A DNA stretch of 64,000 bases from Eledone cirrhosa (lineage: Eukaryota), in the NCBI GenBank assembly GCA_964016885.1, contig OZ024740.1, positions 136,586,001-136,650,000 on the forward strand, read 5' to 3'. The position numbers and the translations under genes were made by a program. Under the pieces are notes generated by a model. That model was not told the DNA's origin. It did no database searches and worked only from the letters and a program-made list of their open reading frames with translations. Shown here one piece after another: positions 49,980-62,812 of the stretch. Numbering within the stretch: position 1 is the first letter of the stretch; the number at the start of each line of letters is the position of its first letter.

Positions 49980-50542
49980 TCTATATTTACATATAATAGA
50001 AAAGATTGGAACTTTCATCATCCTTTTGAGAAACGTAGACCAACTATGTCTATGCAATGACACATGTTTAATTGTCAAGTGGGTGATAAACCATCTCCTA
50101 GAGGTCACTATTCTTGGAGGTAAGCATCAAGGAGAAAATGCATTTATTCCCAAGATTCTTCTTATCCCTTCCTCTACTGCGCTGCCATTCAAATTTTCAA
50201 GACTTCAGTTCCCTGCTAGAGCCAGTTTTGCTATGACCATAAATAAAGCTCAGGGTCAGAGTCTCAAAGTTGTCTGGTCGAATATGAGAGAATCAGTTTT
50301 TACCCATGTACAGTTACATGTAGGTTGTTCACGAGTAGGAACACCTAGAAATCTTCACTATGCATGAACGGTAAAACGAAGAATTTGGTATATCTGGGAG
50401 GTTTTTTACTGGGTTTTTTTTTTGGGGGGGGGGGTGCTTTTTGTCACACACACACCATGGTCTCACTTAATACAGTCATTGTTTTTCTACCTGACTTCTC
50501 TTTTCATCTGTTTACCCAGGTGAAGCTGGGTACATCAGCTAG
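49980..50542 (+). mobile_element. Internally deleted Helitron retaining the Pif1 helicase C-terminus
   Basis: ORF 50026-50367 LPFKFSRLQFP..FAMTINKAQGQSL..SRV; A|TC start; hairpin tacccag-gtgaag-ctgggta then CTAG|T. Confidence 0.85.
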
Positions 50543-50682
50543 TACATAAATCTATCTTCTAATCCAAGTTCAGTCTCTATAGGAATTTGGCATTATAATA
50601 TGTATTTGGACAAGTTGATAACTTGCTTTTGTCTTTGTGCCTTTAAAGGTTAATTTTTTAATATGCTTGTAATTTCTTGGAC

Positions 50683-50990
50683 ACATAATGGCCAAATGGT
50701 TAAGAAGGTTGCTTCACAATTGTGAGGTTCTGGATTTGATCCCACTGTGACATCTTTTACAATAGCTTCAGCTCAACCCAAGTCTTATGAATAAAATTAG
50801 GTAGGCAGAAATCACTCAGAAGTTCATCAGATGAACTGTACCTGTAATTCAACGGGTCACACACTGTCATACTGAACCTCTCAGGAAATTATGTGAATGA
50901 TACACATGTCTGAAATACTTTGCCATTTACATGTTAGGAGTCCAACCCTTACTAGCAGGGAAAGCAGACATTAAAACGACAATGATGATG
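50683..50990 (+). mobile_element. Degenerate tRNA-headed SINE with an RTE-like tail fragment
   Basis: taatggccaaatggttaag (A-box-like) and ggatttgatccc (B-box-like); ccaacccttactagcagggaaagcagacattaaaacgac tail. Confidence 0.5.
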
Positions 50991-52664
50991 TTAATTTTTG
51001 AATAGGCCATTCTGTTGATCAAACAACTGGAACACTCATAGTTGAAATCAATTGAGGTCTATGTAAATTAAGTCCAAGCTATGACAGCTGCTTATATTAT
51101 AAACATAGATAAAACAAATCTACAATATAATTCTGACTTTGAATTACTGATATATCAACCTTTGTTTTGAATTATTGATATATCAACATTTATTTTGAAT
51201 TGACAATATATTGACTTTTTATTTGAATTGCCAATCTTATTAACCCTTGTTTTGAATTGCCTGTATAACAACCTGTTCTTTGTTTAGTTAGGAAGGGAAG
51301 AGCAGTTCCCATGACCTCCAAAATTGGTGGAAGGAAGGGAGTAAATTATCCTCAAATCATAAGTTTGTTTGAAATGCTTGTAATAGAGTAGATGCTGCTA
51401 AAGATACCCAAAGACCAGGAACCATGTTGTGGTAGTGGTGTTAAACTGAGAGACAGAGCAAGTCTACCATCCAAGTAGGTCACAATGGATTTGAACTCAG
51501 ATTGCAAAGAACTAGAATATATACTGCAAGGCCTTTTGTCTGAGGCTCTAACACTTCTACCAATCCACCACCTTGAACTGATCCTTTTTATCGACCCTAA
51601 AAAGACAAAAGACAAAGTTGACAATAATGAAATCTGAACTAAGTATCTAGAGAAGTAGAACAAGGCATTTTGTCTTATGCTCTAACAACTCTGTTAATTT
51701 GCAGCCTTTATTATTTTTTTTGACTCACTGATATATCTGCTTTTTATTTTAGTTTTAGATATAACCACCTTTTATTTGCTTTTGAAATCACTGGTATATC
51801 CACTTTTTTTTTTTTTTTTTTCAATTCACTAATATACCTGTTTTTTCAAATCATCATTATTCTTTTACTCGTTTCAGTTATTAGACTGTGGCAATGCCGG
51901 TTGACCATATCAACCCCAGTACATATTTGACTGGTACCTATATCCAATTGTTTTTCAAATCACAGATATATCCATCTTCTTTTGACTGGCACTTTTACTT
52001 ATGCTGTTTCTGACATTCATACAAATATAGATTGGTTTTAAATTGGGTTTTATTTAGTCAGAGATGGATCTTTTGGTGAATGGCAATTAACTAAATGTTC
52101 ATGAGGAGCTGTTTGTTAACTGCTTTAGTCTACTTTAGTTATTAACTAAGATATTCAGTAAAATGGGAAAAATTAAAGGTTGCTTAATTTGAATAATTAA
52201 ATAATGATTGGTTGGTTCAGTGCTTTGGTGTTAGTCTGGTTACTTCAATTTTAACAAGTTGAATCAATTGTAAATTAACATATATTAAATATACAGGATT
52301 TGAGTCTTGTCATTAGACATGCTCAAACATTTTTTTTCACAGCTTAGTCAGGAAGGGAAAAGCCAGCAACTGTGACACCTTATTTTTCAATTATCTGAGG
52401 CTGGGGAAACCAGAGAGCTGGCCCCAAATGCTTGCAACAGAATAGGCACTCAAAAACTAGTAGGTGCTGTTAAACTGAGCAGTGAACTCAGAATAAGTAC
52501 TGCAAGGCATCTTGTCTGACACTAACAATTCTATCAATCTGCTGCTGTGAACTAGTGCTATATTTTATCAACCCCAAAAGGAGGAAAAGCAAAGTCGACC
52601 TCTGTTAGATCTGAAATCAGCACAGATGAGAACAAATATTGTAAGATATTTGTAATTAAACCAT

Positions 52665-52935
52665 CGAGTGAGTTATAATTCTTAGAAAGTGTAGAAAATC
52701 TCAATCACAGTCGATTGCTACAGATACTTACAAATTTAGTAAAATACCTCTATAGCTGTAAAAAGTGGCTAGCAGCTGCTACAAGAAAATACAGATTTTG
52801 TTTCTCTGGAGCAGCTGCTGGCCACTTTTTCTGTCCATAGGGTATTTTACCTGATTTTTTATAGCAATCGACTGTGTTCACAGTTATTTTCTGCATTCAA
52901 GATGTTATACTCTTTCTAAGAATTACAACTCGTTC
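52665..52935. mobile_element. Degenerate fold-back MITE
   Basis: Nested inverted matches gagttataattcttagaaag, cacagtcgattgcta, gtaaaatacc, aaaagtggctagcagctgct. Confidence 0.7.
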
Positions 52936-52994
52936 AACGCTCTGATAGTTTATTTACTGCCGTGGCCTAGGCCCAGAGCCAAGAGAGACATTCA

Positions 52995-53112
52995 GGTAGT
53001 GAATTGGCAGAGTCATTGGAAGATCAAATAGAATGCTTTGTGGCATTTGTTCCAGCTCTCTACACTCTGAGTTCAAATCCCACTGAGGCCAACTTTTCCT
53101 TTCATCCTTTCA
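52995..53112 (+). mobile_element. tRNA-derived SINE 5' part
   Basis: tggcagagtcattgg...gagttcaaatcccactgaggccaacttttcctttcatccttt; minus-strand relatives near 51480-51710, 52480-52650, 61005-61210. Confidence 0.65.
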
Positions 53113-53749
53113 AAAGAAGTAGTGCAGTACTTGCTCTATATTTCTTTGTCATTTCCTCTCTCTCTCACTATATCTCTCTCTGGAAGAAATTGGCTGTTTT
53201 CAGACTTGGAGAGGGATGGGCTCCTGCAGGTTTAAAATGCCCAAGACACACTGTATGTTAGGACAGGGCCCTATGACTTCACCAGGAGTTATGGTTTCGT
53301 ACATAAATTACATTAAAAGGTCAAATTAAGATTATCATCACAAATGTTTAATTTGTCTACCACAGATTACTTGGCAACAAAAGTAGAAAAATCTTTGTTA
53401 CTAGTTTCTGATTCATATAATCTGAATAATTATTCTAGCACAATTATCTGAGTCAGTAACATACCTAATTTCTTAGGTAAACAAATGTCTTGTGGATATT
53501 AACAAAGGTGAATGTTTTCATACTCCAACCTACCAACTAGGTCAACGTGTTAAAATTTAAATTCAAATCTTGGACTCAAGTATCATTATCACATGGTGCT
53601 TGACTAGCACTGTAGTTTAGAATTTGCTTGACAGCTACGTGGTTTGCGGTTCTATCCTATTGCATGACATTAATTTCAATGTCTTCTATTATAGCCTCAA
53701 GCAGCCCAATACTTTCTGAGTTAAATTCATAGACAGAGGCTGTATGAAT

Positions 53750-53945
53750 CTCATCATCATCATCATCATTTTATGTCTGCTTTTCCTTGCTTGCAAGGGT
53801 AGGACGGGTCCTCTCCAGCACAGCATCTCTCCATTTGTCATCGTCCTTCGTCATCTCTGTGAGCTTCAGCAATCTGAAGTCAGCTCTCACCACCTCAGCA
53901 CATGTTTTCCATGGTCTTCCTCTACTGTGTCCTTCTTCCACTGAT
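53750..53945 (-). mobile_element. RTE 3' end fragment
   Basis: GRPWKTCAEVVRADFRLLKLTEMTKDDDKWRDAVL; (CAT)n. Confidence 0.8.
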
Positions 53946-54803
53946 ATCACTAGCACAGTCAAATGTCTAATGACTCAGTCATTAGACATAAAAAGATCAG
54001 TACATTATTTTAAAAAAAAAACAAGTACGGGTTGGCATTAGGAATGGCACCAGGCTATAGAATTCTGCTAGAAAAAGTCTACAGCAGCATAGAAAAATGG
54101 ATGTAAACCAATGTTGATGATTACATGAAAGATATAATTTCGGTACATCATATTTAGTTAATATTTCACTAAACCTCATAAATCTTTATTATTTTGAAAA
54201 TTAAAACAATGACAATATATTCTCATTAGAAATATAGTCACAAAGGGTTGCTTGAGATATAAAGTATGCCAATTTCTCAGTTGGTAAAATAGACTCCTCA
54301 AAGTTTTATTCAGCTAATTGTTTGTCGTGTACTTGCATTTTATATGTTTTTTTCTTTAAAGCCCCCCTATTCAACATCATCACCATTTTACTGTCTGTTT
54401 TTGCATGCTACCATCAGTTAGATGAGACTTTTTATGGTTGTATTAATAGCTGGGTGTCCTTCTTGGTGTCATCTGCATCTTGTTTTCAAGTATGATACTT
54501 GAAAACAAGTGAGGTACCCATTCTATTGATCTTCATCAGACTGTTGAATTGTCGCTGCCCAAACAGTTGTCAATGTAAAGACGTGTCAACAAACACACAC
54601 ACATATATATAGTTGTAGAACACTGGTGGGTTATATCCGCAGTAGTAGAGCACTCAGTCCATGGGACGAGAATATATATATATATATATATTCCAGTTCC
54701 TCAGAGAAATAACAACACAACCAGGAGCTGGACATATCGAAGGATTGACAGAGTAAAACACACTTCAACAACATGTGTACCTGTCTTTCCCACACCAATT
54801 CGG

Positions 54804-54858
54804 ACTGCCTGAAGAGGTCACAGCTAATGATGGCTGTCACCAAAATATATATGGCAGT
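54804..54858 (+). ncRNA. Degenerate hammerhead (GAAA to AAAA) in a probable pLTR at ~54690-55005
   Basis: actgc-CTGAAGA-ggt-c-acagct...ggctgt-c-acc-AAAA-tatata-TG-gcagt. Confidence 0.55.
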
Positions 54859-55076
54859 GTATCTATAATTTATAATAAACAAAGCAAAATTTTACATATT
54901 TGACTTAATTATTTTACATTACTCCGGAGTAAACAAACCAACCTGCGTACTCCGTCGAGTGCTCCAATCTGCATACTGAGGTGTCGGTAAACAACCAACA
55001 TAAACTCAAAATATATATATATATATCATAACCATTTTATCTTTATTTTCCATGCTTGCATGGGTTACATGGGTTG

Positions 55077-55129
<53 letters not shown>

Positions 55130-55522
55130 GAGAGAGGGTTTAAAAGTTTAGTAGCAGTAATTTCTTTATTGGCCATTGGAGATGAAAACATTAAGGACAA
55201 TACAAATAAACAAAGACTAGAAATTTATATAAAAGTGCGTAAACAGAAAAACAAAAACAGATATAAAGGTAATAATGTATTAATAACAACAGAATTCCCC
55301 CAATAGGGTGGAAGCACTATTTGGGTGTAACCACAACTCTACTACTAATCACCTCTATGTTGCTTAGTTGAATAAATATAAAGAAAAATAACTAGGCAAT
55401 TCAGAATGAAGGTTTAAAAATCACATATTAGTCTATTTGTATAATTAGTGACTTGTGATGAATGGGTGTTGACATGAAATGAAAAGATTAGTTTGTACAT
55501 ACAAATCATCTATCTATCTATC

Positions 55523-55615
55523 TCGGATATTTTTACACGATTGTATGTAAAATCCCCGGCATGTCTTTGTTTTGTCCCCTTTTCTTGTGCGCCCTTGTGG
55601 CCAATAAAGAAATAT
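55523..55615 (+). mobile_element. Short copy of the Tx1 3' end
   Basis: Matches 59749-59840 including aataaagaaat. Confidence 0.8.
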
Positions 55616-55627
55616 ATCTATCTATCT

Positions 55628-58600
55628 CGGATAGTCTTGACCTGCGTTGCTTCGCTGGTAAGTTTTTTGTTAATTTTGCATACAAAAAAAACGAAATTTT
55701 TGTTGAAAAAATATATTGCTTCGTAGATTAAATTATTCTGCTATCGACAAAACAAACACCAACACCACCCCAAACACGAACACCCACCATAAAAAGAAAA
55801 CTCCCAGATGAACAACAAACAAAAACAACACAACAAAAACACAAACAACAGTATGCATACATCAACACCAACAACAAAAACCTGATGGAGGTCATCTCCA
55901 AAGACCCCAAAGTGGAGACCGAGGGGAAAACTTTCGTGAAATCAGGATCAGCACCACACCTGAAATTGATAAGAGTTCCTATGGAAACTTACAACAAACT
56001 GAAAAACGAATTTTCGCAGAACGTCAGAAACCTCTGGCAAAAGCCCATAAACTGCGTCCTATTAAAATGTTTCTCCACCCCACCCAACACCCCACCAGCA
56101 CCCAAATGGAGATTGAACAACCCGATCTCCAGGAAATGAAAAGGTAAGTGCATCTTTTCGTCCTTTTTCACCAACTCTTCTCTACCAACATGGCTAATCT
56201 ACGAGTTGGAAGTGTGAATGTGCGTGGCCTAGGGATGCCCTGGAAACAGGGCCAACTTTTAAACGACCTTAGGTCATACGGTATGGATGTGATAACCATC
56301 ACCGAGTCCAGGATCCACAACAAGCAGCAACTAACCCCCATCTTTAATGACTTTGAGATCTACGCATCTCTCTGTCAGCCAGGAGATGGAGGGGGAGTGG
56401 CTGTTATGTTTTGGAAAAAACACCTGGACCTCGAAATACAGCAAATATACTTGGACCCGGAGGGTAGACTGGTAGTCCTAGACGTGAACAGTGTTGGAGT
56501 TGGAGTCTTCAGACTGGTGGCCGTTTATGCCCCAACTGGGAAATCGCGGCCAGACTTCTTTAAGCGTATAGTCTTTTCTGGGAACGTCATGCTCCTTGCT
56601 TTTAGTGGGGAACTGGAATGGTATCCTAGACGCACGATGGGACTATGTAGGATCATGGCCCAGTAGAAGGGGGTGCAACAGCCTAAAAAATTTAATTGGC
56701 CAATTCCAACTGGCCGATAGGTATCGACTAGATTTCCCGACTGCACCACAGTGAACATGGACAAATCGCAGCAGGACATCTAGATTGTATTTAGATAGGT
56801 TCTTTATTAAAGAGAGAGACAGGATAATGTTAAGCTGTTCACAAATGTACATGGTTGCCTATTCAGACCACAAACTAGTCACCTGTATAGTCAGCCATGA
56901 TAGAACGCATAGACAAGGACCCGGATACTGGAAGCTGAACATGTCGCTACTGACACGTAAAGCCTACAGTAGACGGATAAGTAGTTTAGTTAAGCACCAG
57001 CTGACGGGAGCCATCGTCAACAATAGATGGTGGTACTCTCTCAAGAGAGCAATTAGAGTAGAGTCCATAGCTTTTAGCAAACAACTAGCCTTAGAGAAAA
57101 ACAAAACAGAAAGAGAACTAGTAGCCAAGGTAGAGGAGGCACTTAGGAGTGGCAACGCAGCTAGAGTGTTAGCAATGAGAATGGCACTAGACCAGTTCTT
57201 CGATGTGAAACAAGAGGGCTGCATAGTCAGGAGTAGATCACGTGCTCTAGGAAATGAGGGAGCAAAAGCAGTTAGCTGGTCCCGAGTGGCAGAGGCGAAA
57301 AGTGGCAACAAGTCCACGATTCGGTCTTTGAAAGACCAAAACGGACGTGTGCTACTTGACTCCAAGCGGATGTGCACGGCCTTTCAGCGGCACTTTGCGC
57401 AACTGTTCGAGCAGAGCGGTACGCTGAATGAGGCAATGGACTTCGGTTCATACCTCGACGGCCTGCTGCGTCTCTCAAGCATGGACGCCGAGTTTTGCCA
57501 TTGAGATACAGGACGCTCTGGGCCGCTGCAGGAAATGCAAATCACCCGACCTAGATGGTCTACCCTATGAATTTTACATAGGCATGCATGACTTGTTCTT
57601 TGGTGTCCTCGAAGCCGTTTACTGCAACTGGCAGTAGAACGGGAGAATTCCCAGTTCTGCAGGCAGGGGCATAGTAACGCTGATCAGGAAAGACAAGAAC
57701 AAGAGGGACGAAATAAGCAACTTCAGGCCCGTGACACTTCTAAACACAGAGTTTGGCCAAGGTGTTAGCAATGAGGCTGGCACTTGTCATCGAGAACCTG
57801 GTTGGAAAAGCTCAAACGTGTGCAATTCCAACCAGGTCCATACACGACAACCTCCACCTCATGCGATACTTCATAGAGAAGGTGGGGTGTAAACCCGGCT
57901 TCGATGGGGCTCTGATCAATTTAGATCAGTCTAAGGCATTCGATAGGGTCGACCATCGATACTTGGAAGAGGTTCTCAAGGCGGTCGGTTTCGGACCCGT
58001 CTTCAGAGGCTGGATCACAGCCATGCACACCAACATCTGCTGAACAGTCAAGGTGAACAGCTACCTATCGGAGTCGTTCGCAATCACGTGTTCCATCCGA
58101 CACGGATGTCCCTCTCTCCTCCATTCTGTACATATTGACTCTAGAACCACTACTGCAGAAGTTGGAGATTTAGCAGGGTATCCCGTTGGAACGGGGACTG
58201 TGGAAAGCGGCGTCGGCTTATGCTGAATACGTCACAGTAATGGTTTCGAAAACCCCGGAAATCGGGGCGATCGGCAACTTACTGCAGGAATACAAAAGGC
58301 TCACAGGAGCAAAACTCAACCCAGAAAAATCTGTCGGTTTGCAACTCGGAACATGGAGAGGCAAACCGATGACATCCGACAGCGTCGTCAGATGCTGTAC
58401 GGAAGGACCGGTGAAATTGCTCAGAGTCTGGTTCGGTCCGGACCTCCAGGTAGAGAAAAACTGGAACGAGATCACGGCCAAGGTATTTGCGCTTACCCAG
58501 AAGTGGGCAGAGTGTAAACTATCCTTGAAAGGTTGAGCGGAGGTGGCAAACACTTTCATAGCGTCCGTCATTTACTACCGCTTGACCATCATGCCTTGTC

Positions 58601-59840
58601 TCCATGAATACCTCACCAAGATGGAATGCATGCTCTTCCAATTCCTTTGGAAGAAGCAGGTTCCACTGGTGAGGAGATCTGTCTGTTGTCAGCACCCTTT
58701 CAACGGAGGGCTGGGAATGCCGTGGCTGATTTTGCGCTAACACACGCTGAGGCTATGGCATCTCCAGGTATTCCTCACTGACCAACCGGTGTGGGCACCG
58801 TTTGTGAGACCTTCCCGCAACTTGTCTTGCTGATGGAGCTGCAGTCCTGGGTCAAGCGGAAACCAAATAAAATGGGCGCCTGGCACATTGAATGCGCTCA
58901 GGTGCTCACAGTCCTCTGTCAAGCGGACACAGCAATCAGTGGCGACACCACTTCGACATTCTATAGAGGGATAATATGTTACTAGTGCGATGACGTGCTC
59001 GGAGAGACTCTGGGCGTCGAAGACGACGAGTTCACCAGTCTGTTCAGTAGAACTTTCCGCCCTGGACCTATGGACAGTTTCCAAAGGTCCCTGGCCTGGC
59101 AGTGCTACTGAGGAGCTCTACCAGTTCGAGATAAGATCTACAGGCACTGATACCCTGGCAGGGATCCTTCCAAGAGGACGTGTCCAAGATGTGAGCAGGA
59201 CATTGAAACAGTCATGCACGCAATTGTACACTGCCCAGGCGTAAGCGACCTGTGGAACTACGCAAAACAACTGCTGTCATGTATGGGACAAATCCAGTTG
59301 ACTGCCGAGTCCATAATAAGGATCAAACCGCCAACTTCTTTCAAAAACGAAAGAGAGGCGGTTTTCCTCTGTATAGTGGCTATGGTAAAAGAGGTTATAT
59401 GGTGGACAGGATTGAGAGGACTGAGGACAGATGCCTTTCTCTCCGGACAACAACTCATTCCCTTCTTAAGGTACCACTTTAGAAGGAGAATCAGAGTGGA
59501 GAGAGAGGCACTGCACCCCAGTAAATTTACTGAATGGTGGGTGAATGTAGCAAAAATGACCCGAGTGATTGGGCCTTCTCTGTATATAAACCTGTAGGTT
59601 GAAGAAGAGAACAGAAGGAAGAAAGGAGCACTTGCACAACATGCTCCTGGAGTTGAGGGTTGTTCTATCTAGTGGGTATTAAACAACCCATTTGTAACGC
59701 CTCCCTCCTATTGCGGATTTCGATTGTTGAATTTGTTTGTTTTAAAAATATTTTTACACAATTGTATGTAAAATCCCCAGCATGTGTGCTTGTATTGTCC
59801 CCTTTTCTTGTGCACCCTTGTGGCAAATAAAGAAATATAT
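55628..59840 (+). mobile_element. Tx1/L1-clade LINE, degenerate, in (TATC)n
   Basis: APE SVNVRGL, DPEGRL, VYAPT, YSDH, GYWKLN; RT NLDQSKAFDRVDH, GGLGMP; C-terminal zinc finger remnant; AATAAA. Confidence 0.9.
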
Positions 59841-60495
59841 CTATCTATCTATATATATATATATGGTGGCTGCCAACTCGTTTTCGAGTATGGCCACTAC
59901 TTTATATCCATGTAGGAGAACCCCTACTGATGCATTGAACAAGTGTGACTTTTTAGTCCAGCCAGCGACTTGAAAACTCTGGTACAAACACTACACTTGT
60001 GACAATTATTGACACATAGTGCTGGGCCCATGGTACCATGTGACAAGTGCAGAGAGATCTCCAGATATAAAGCAATGCCTGTGCCGTGAAGCTTTTATAG
60101 TGAGCAAAGGCACTGCACAAAACCAGTCCCACTCTCTTAACCAAGATGATATTTACCAAAAAGAAGAACAAGTCAACATCATTGGAAACCATGAGGGTTG
60201 CAGGTGTTATATCAGAGTTTTCCTTCTCCTAGAATTCTGCCTTGACAAAGGCTAAGGGGTCATCTCTACCAGTGATTTTGGATGGCCATTGACTCTTAAG
60301 AGCTCCTTTGCCCTTTGACAGGTTTTGTTTTTAGTCCTGCAGGATGTCCAAAGCCACCCTCCTCACCAAGAAACCTTGGTGGGGTTGCCAGTTTAGTCGC
60401 CAACGACCCGACCATGAGACAGGTTGTACTGGCATACATGTTACCAGTAGCACCAACTGGTGACCTAACATAAATATATATATACTGAGATATAT

Positions 60496-60528
<33 letters not shown>

Positions 60529-60532
60529 CATG

Positions 60533-60577
<45 letters not shown>

Positions 60578-60683
60578 TCACCAGGTAGTGAATAATCAAC
60601 GCTAAAGTCTACCCATTGATATATCACAAAAAATTACATCACTAATATTTATACAGGTGAGAGCTGTCTGAAGAGATCATAAT

Positions 60684-60800
60684 CGGGGTCAATAAAAAAA
60701 AGCACCAGTAATATACTAGTGTTGATTTAATTGACTTTCCCCTCCCCCAAAATTGCTGGCCTTGTGCCTATATAAGAAACCATTATTATTATTATTATTA
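60684..60800 (+). mobile_element. SINE 3' part with (ATT)n tail
   Basis: ggggtcaataa..caccagt..cccctcccccaaaattgctggccttgtgcct. Confidence 0.65.
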
Positions 60801-61004
60801 TATATATACAGAGAGAGGGAGGGAGAAATACTTAGATGAGATGTTACTAATTGAGAATAGTAAGACCATTATTCAGTTTAGCACTTCATACTTTAAAGAA
60901 AGTGGAGTATAGATATTGTTTAACAACATGTAAGCCCTACAGTCAAGCTTAACACATTTCAAAAGTTTGACTGAAGAAATTACATGTCGTCAAATGATAA
61001 TAAT

Positions 61005-61210
61005 TTTTTCTACTTTAGGCTAGCAATTTTGGGGGAGTGAAAAGTCGATTAAATCTACCCCAGTGCATTACTGGTACTTTATTTTATCGACTCCGTAAGG
61101 ATGAAAGGCAAAGCTAACCTCAGCAGGATTAGAACTCATGACGTAAAGGGTCGTAACTCTATGTTGCAAAGCATATTGTCCGACACTGTACCGATACTGC
61201 CAATCTACCG
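61005..61210 (-). mobile_element. tRNA-derived SINE
   Basis: Reverse complement resembles 52995-53112 plus 60684-60790. Confidence 0.65.
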
Positions 61211-61224
61211 AATAATAATGATAA

Positions 61225-62165
61225 TAATGTTTTCTTAATGGACCACAAAGGGTTTACAAAAAAAAATACATTAAGGACAGCACAGGACGGTACAATGTGG
61301 GTTTCTGTGTGCAAAAATGAGTATAAAACAAAAACAAAGGATGTAACAAAAAAATAGAAACAAAGATAATTCCCCAATAGTGGGGAGACTTCTGAGGGTT
61401 ACTCATTAAGAAAGCCCACAAAAGCCACAGTCCCCCTGACTGCCAGGACAAGTGCCCTCTCCCAGGTTTCCTCCCTCAATTTACAGGCACATGTTCAGAG
61501 CAGGTCCATTCACTCAGGCCATTCTCACCTCTTTCACTCACGTTTCAACAAATTACTTTGAACGCAGCACTTAATTCTCCACCCAGATTTTCCTCTTCAA
61601 GTGAAACCTGAAGAAGTTAATCAGGGTGTTGCCGAAGAGGAAAGTGACCATCTTCAGCCCTTTCAGGCATGTCCATCATACAACCTCTTTCGCCATGGCC
61701 ACCAGACAGGCAAAAACAGCCTGCCCTTCCTGGCTAAGGAAGGGCAGTTGGGCGATTTTGACAATGGACTCAGTTGGATCCGTCCAGCATGTGACAGCAG
61801 GTGTTCGAGATAAACCCACAAGCCAGCGATACTTGGACACTGGACGAGTGTGTGCATGACGGTTTCATCGCCCTGTGTGCATCTTGGACATACCCGGCTG
61901 ACAGCACATCCATGCCTGTAGAGTATATCTTGGACCAGCAATGCTCCCTGGAAGCACTGCCAGGCCAGGGATTTCTGGAAGTTATCCATATGCCCTGAAC
62001 CGAAAGTCCTGTGGAAGAGAATGGCTAGTTGATTTTCCTCAATGCCCAGAGTTTCCTCAAGAACGTCATCACTTTTACCCATCACTAACGCCTCTATAGA
62101 ATGCCAAGGTGGAATTTTCACTGATCGTAGTGCCTGATTGGCTGAGGGTTGTAAGCACCTGAAGA
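61225..62165 (-). mobile_element. Tx1-family LINE 3' fragment
   Basis: ORF 61663-62121 FQKSLAWQC..CPRC..ETVMHTLVQCP, homologous to 58990-59597. Confidence 0.85.
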
Positions 62166-62559
62166 TATATATACATATATTTACAATGAATTTTTGCGCA
62201 ATTTCTATCTACCAGATTTCAAACCCATGTTTATAGAAGAAGAAACTTATCCAAGGTACCACTTAGTGGGATCAAACTCAAACCATGTAGTTGTTGAGCA
62301 AACTAATTGTACAGTCATGCCTGTACAACTTGCATAACAAATAGCTTGAATTCTATGCAACTTTTTTTCTAAAACAAACTGCATCTTTTTTATTATTTTA
62401 GCAATTGCTATTTCAACTTTCATCTGTCAGCATCAATTGAATACAGTGCTAATTTAGATATTTGCTTGAAATTGATAATTTTTATATTCCAAATACTTTT
62501 CCTACACCCCTTTACCTCCCTAGCCTAACCAAGGAAACACTGAGTGCCCTAATGTTGTA

Positions 62560-62812
62560 AAGAGGTAGTGCTGATCCCATGATAAAATGCACCCAGCCAA
62601 CCCACTCTGTAAGGTAGTGTTGGAGTCACAATAAAATGCTCACAGTACACAGTATAAGGTGGTTAGTTTTAGGAAGGGCGTCCATACATAGAATTAGAGT
62701 GTATGAGCAAGACATAGTCACGTGACCTGTCTAGTCTCAGTATGTGGCAGCCTATTTAACCCATGTAAGCATGGAAAATAAACATTGTATAGTGACGATG
62801 ATGATGATGATA
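62560..62812 (+). mobile_element. Degenerate RTE-type 3' UTR or SINE with (GAT)n tail
   Basis: taggaagggcgtcca and acccatgtaagcatggaaaa motifs shared with the RTE 3' ends. Confidence 0.6.

Noticed and set aside
55523-59850. LTR retrotransposon suggested by ~90 bp terminal direct repeats
   Set aside because: Internal sequence is APE-RT of Tx1 type; the repeats are LINE 3' ends without TG...CA, PBS or integrase
60660-60690. CTGAAGA-gat-cata-atc as a hammerhead half
   Set aside because: No GAAA or 3' half; followed directly by a SINE
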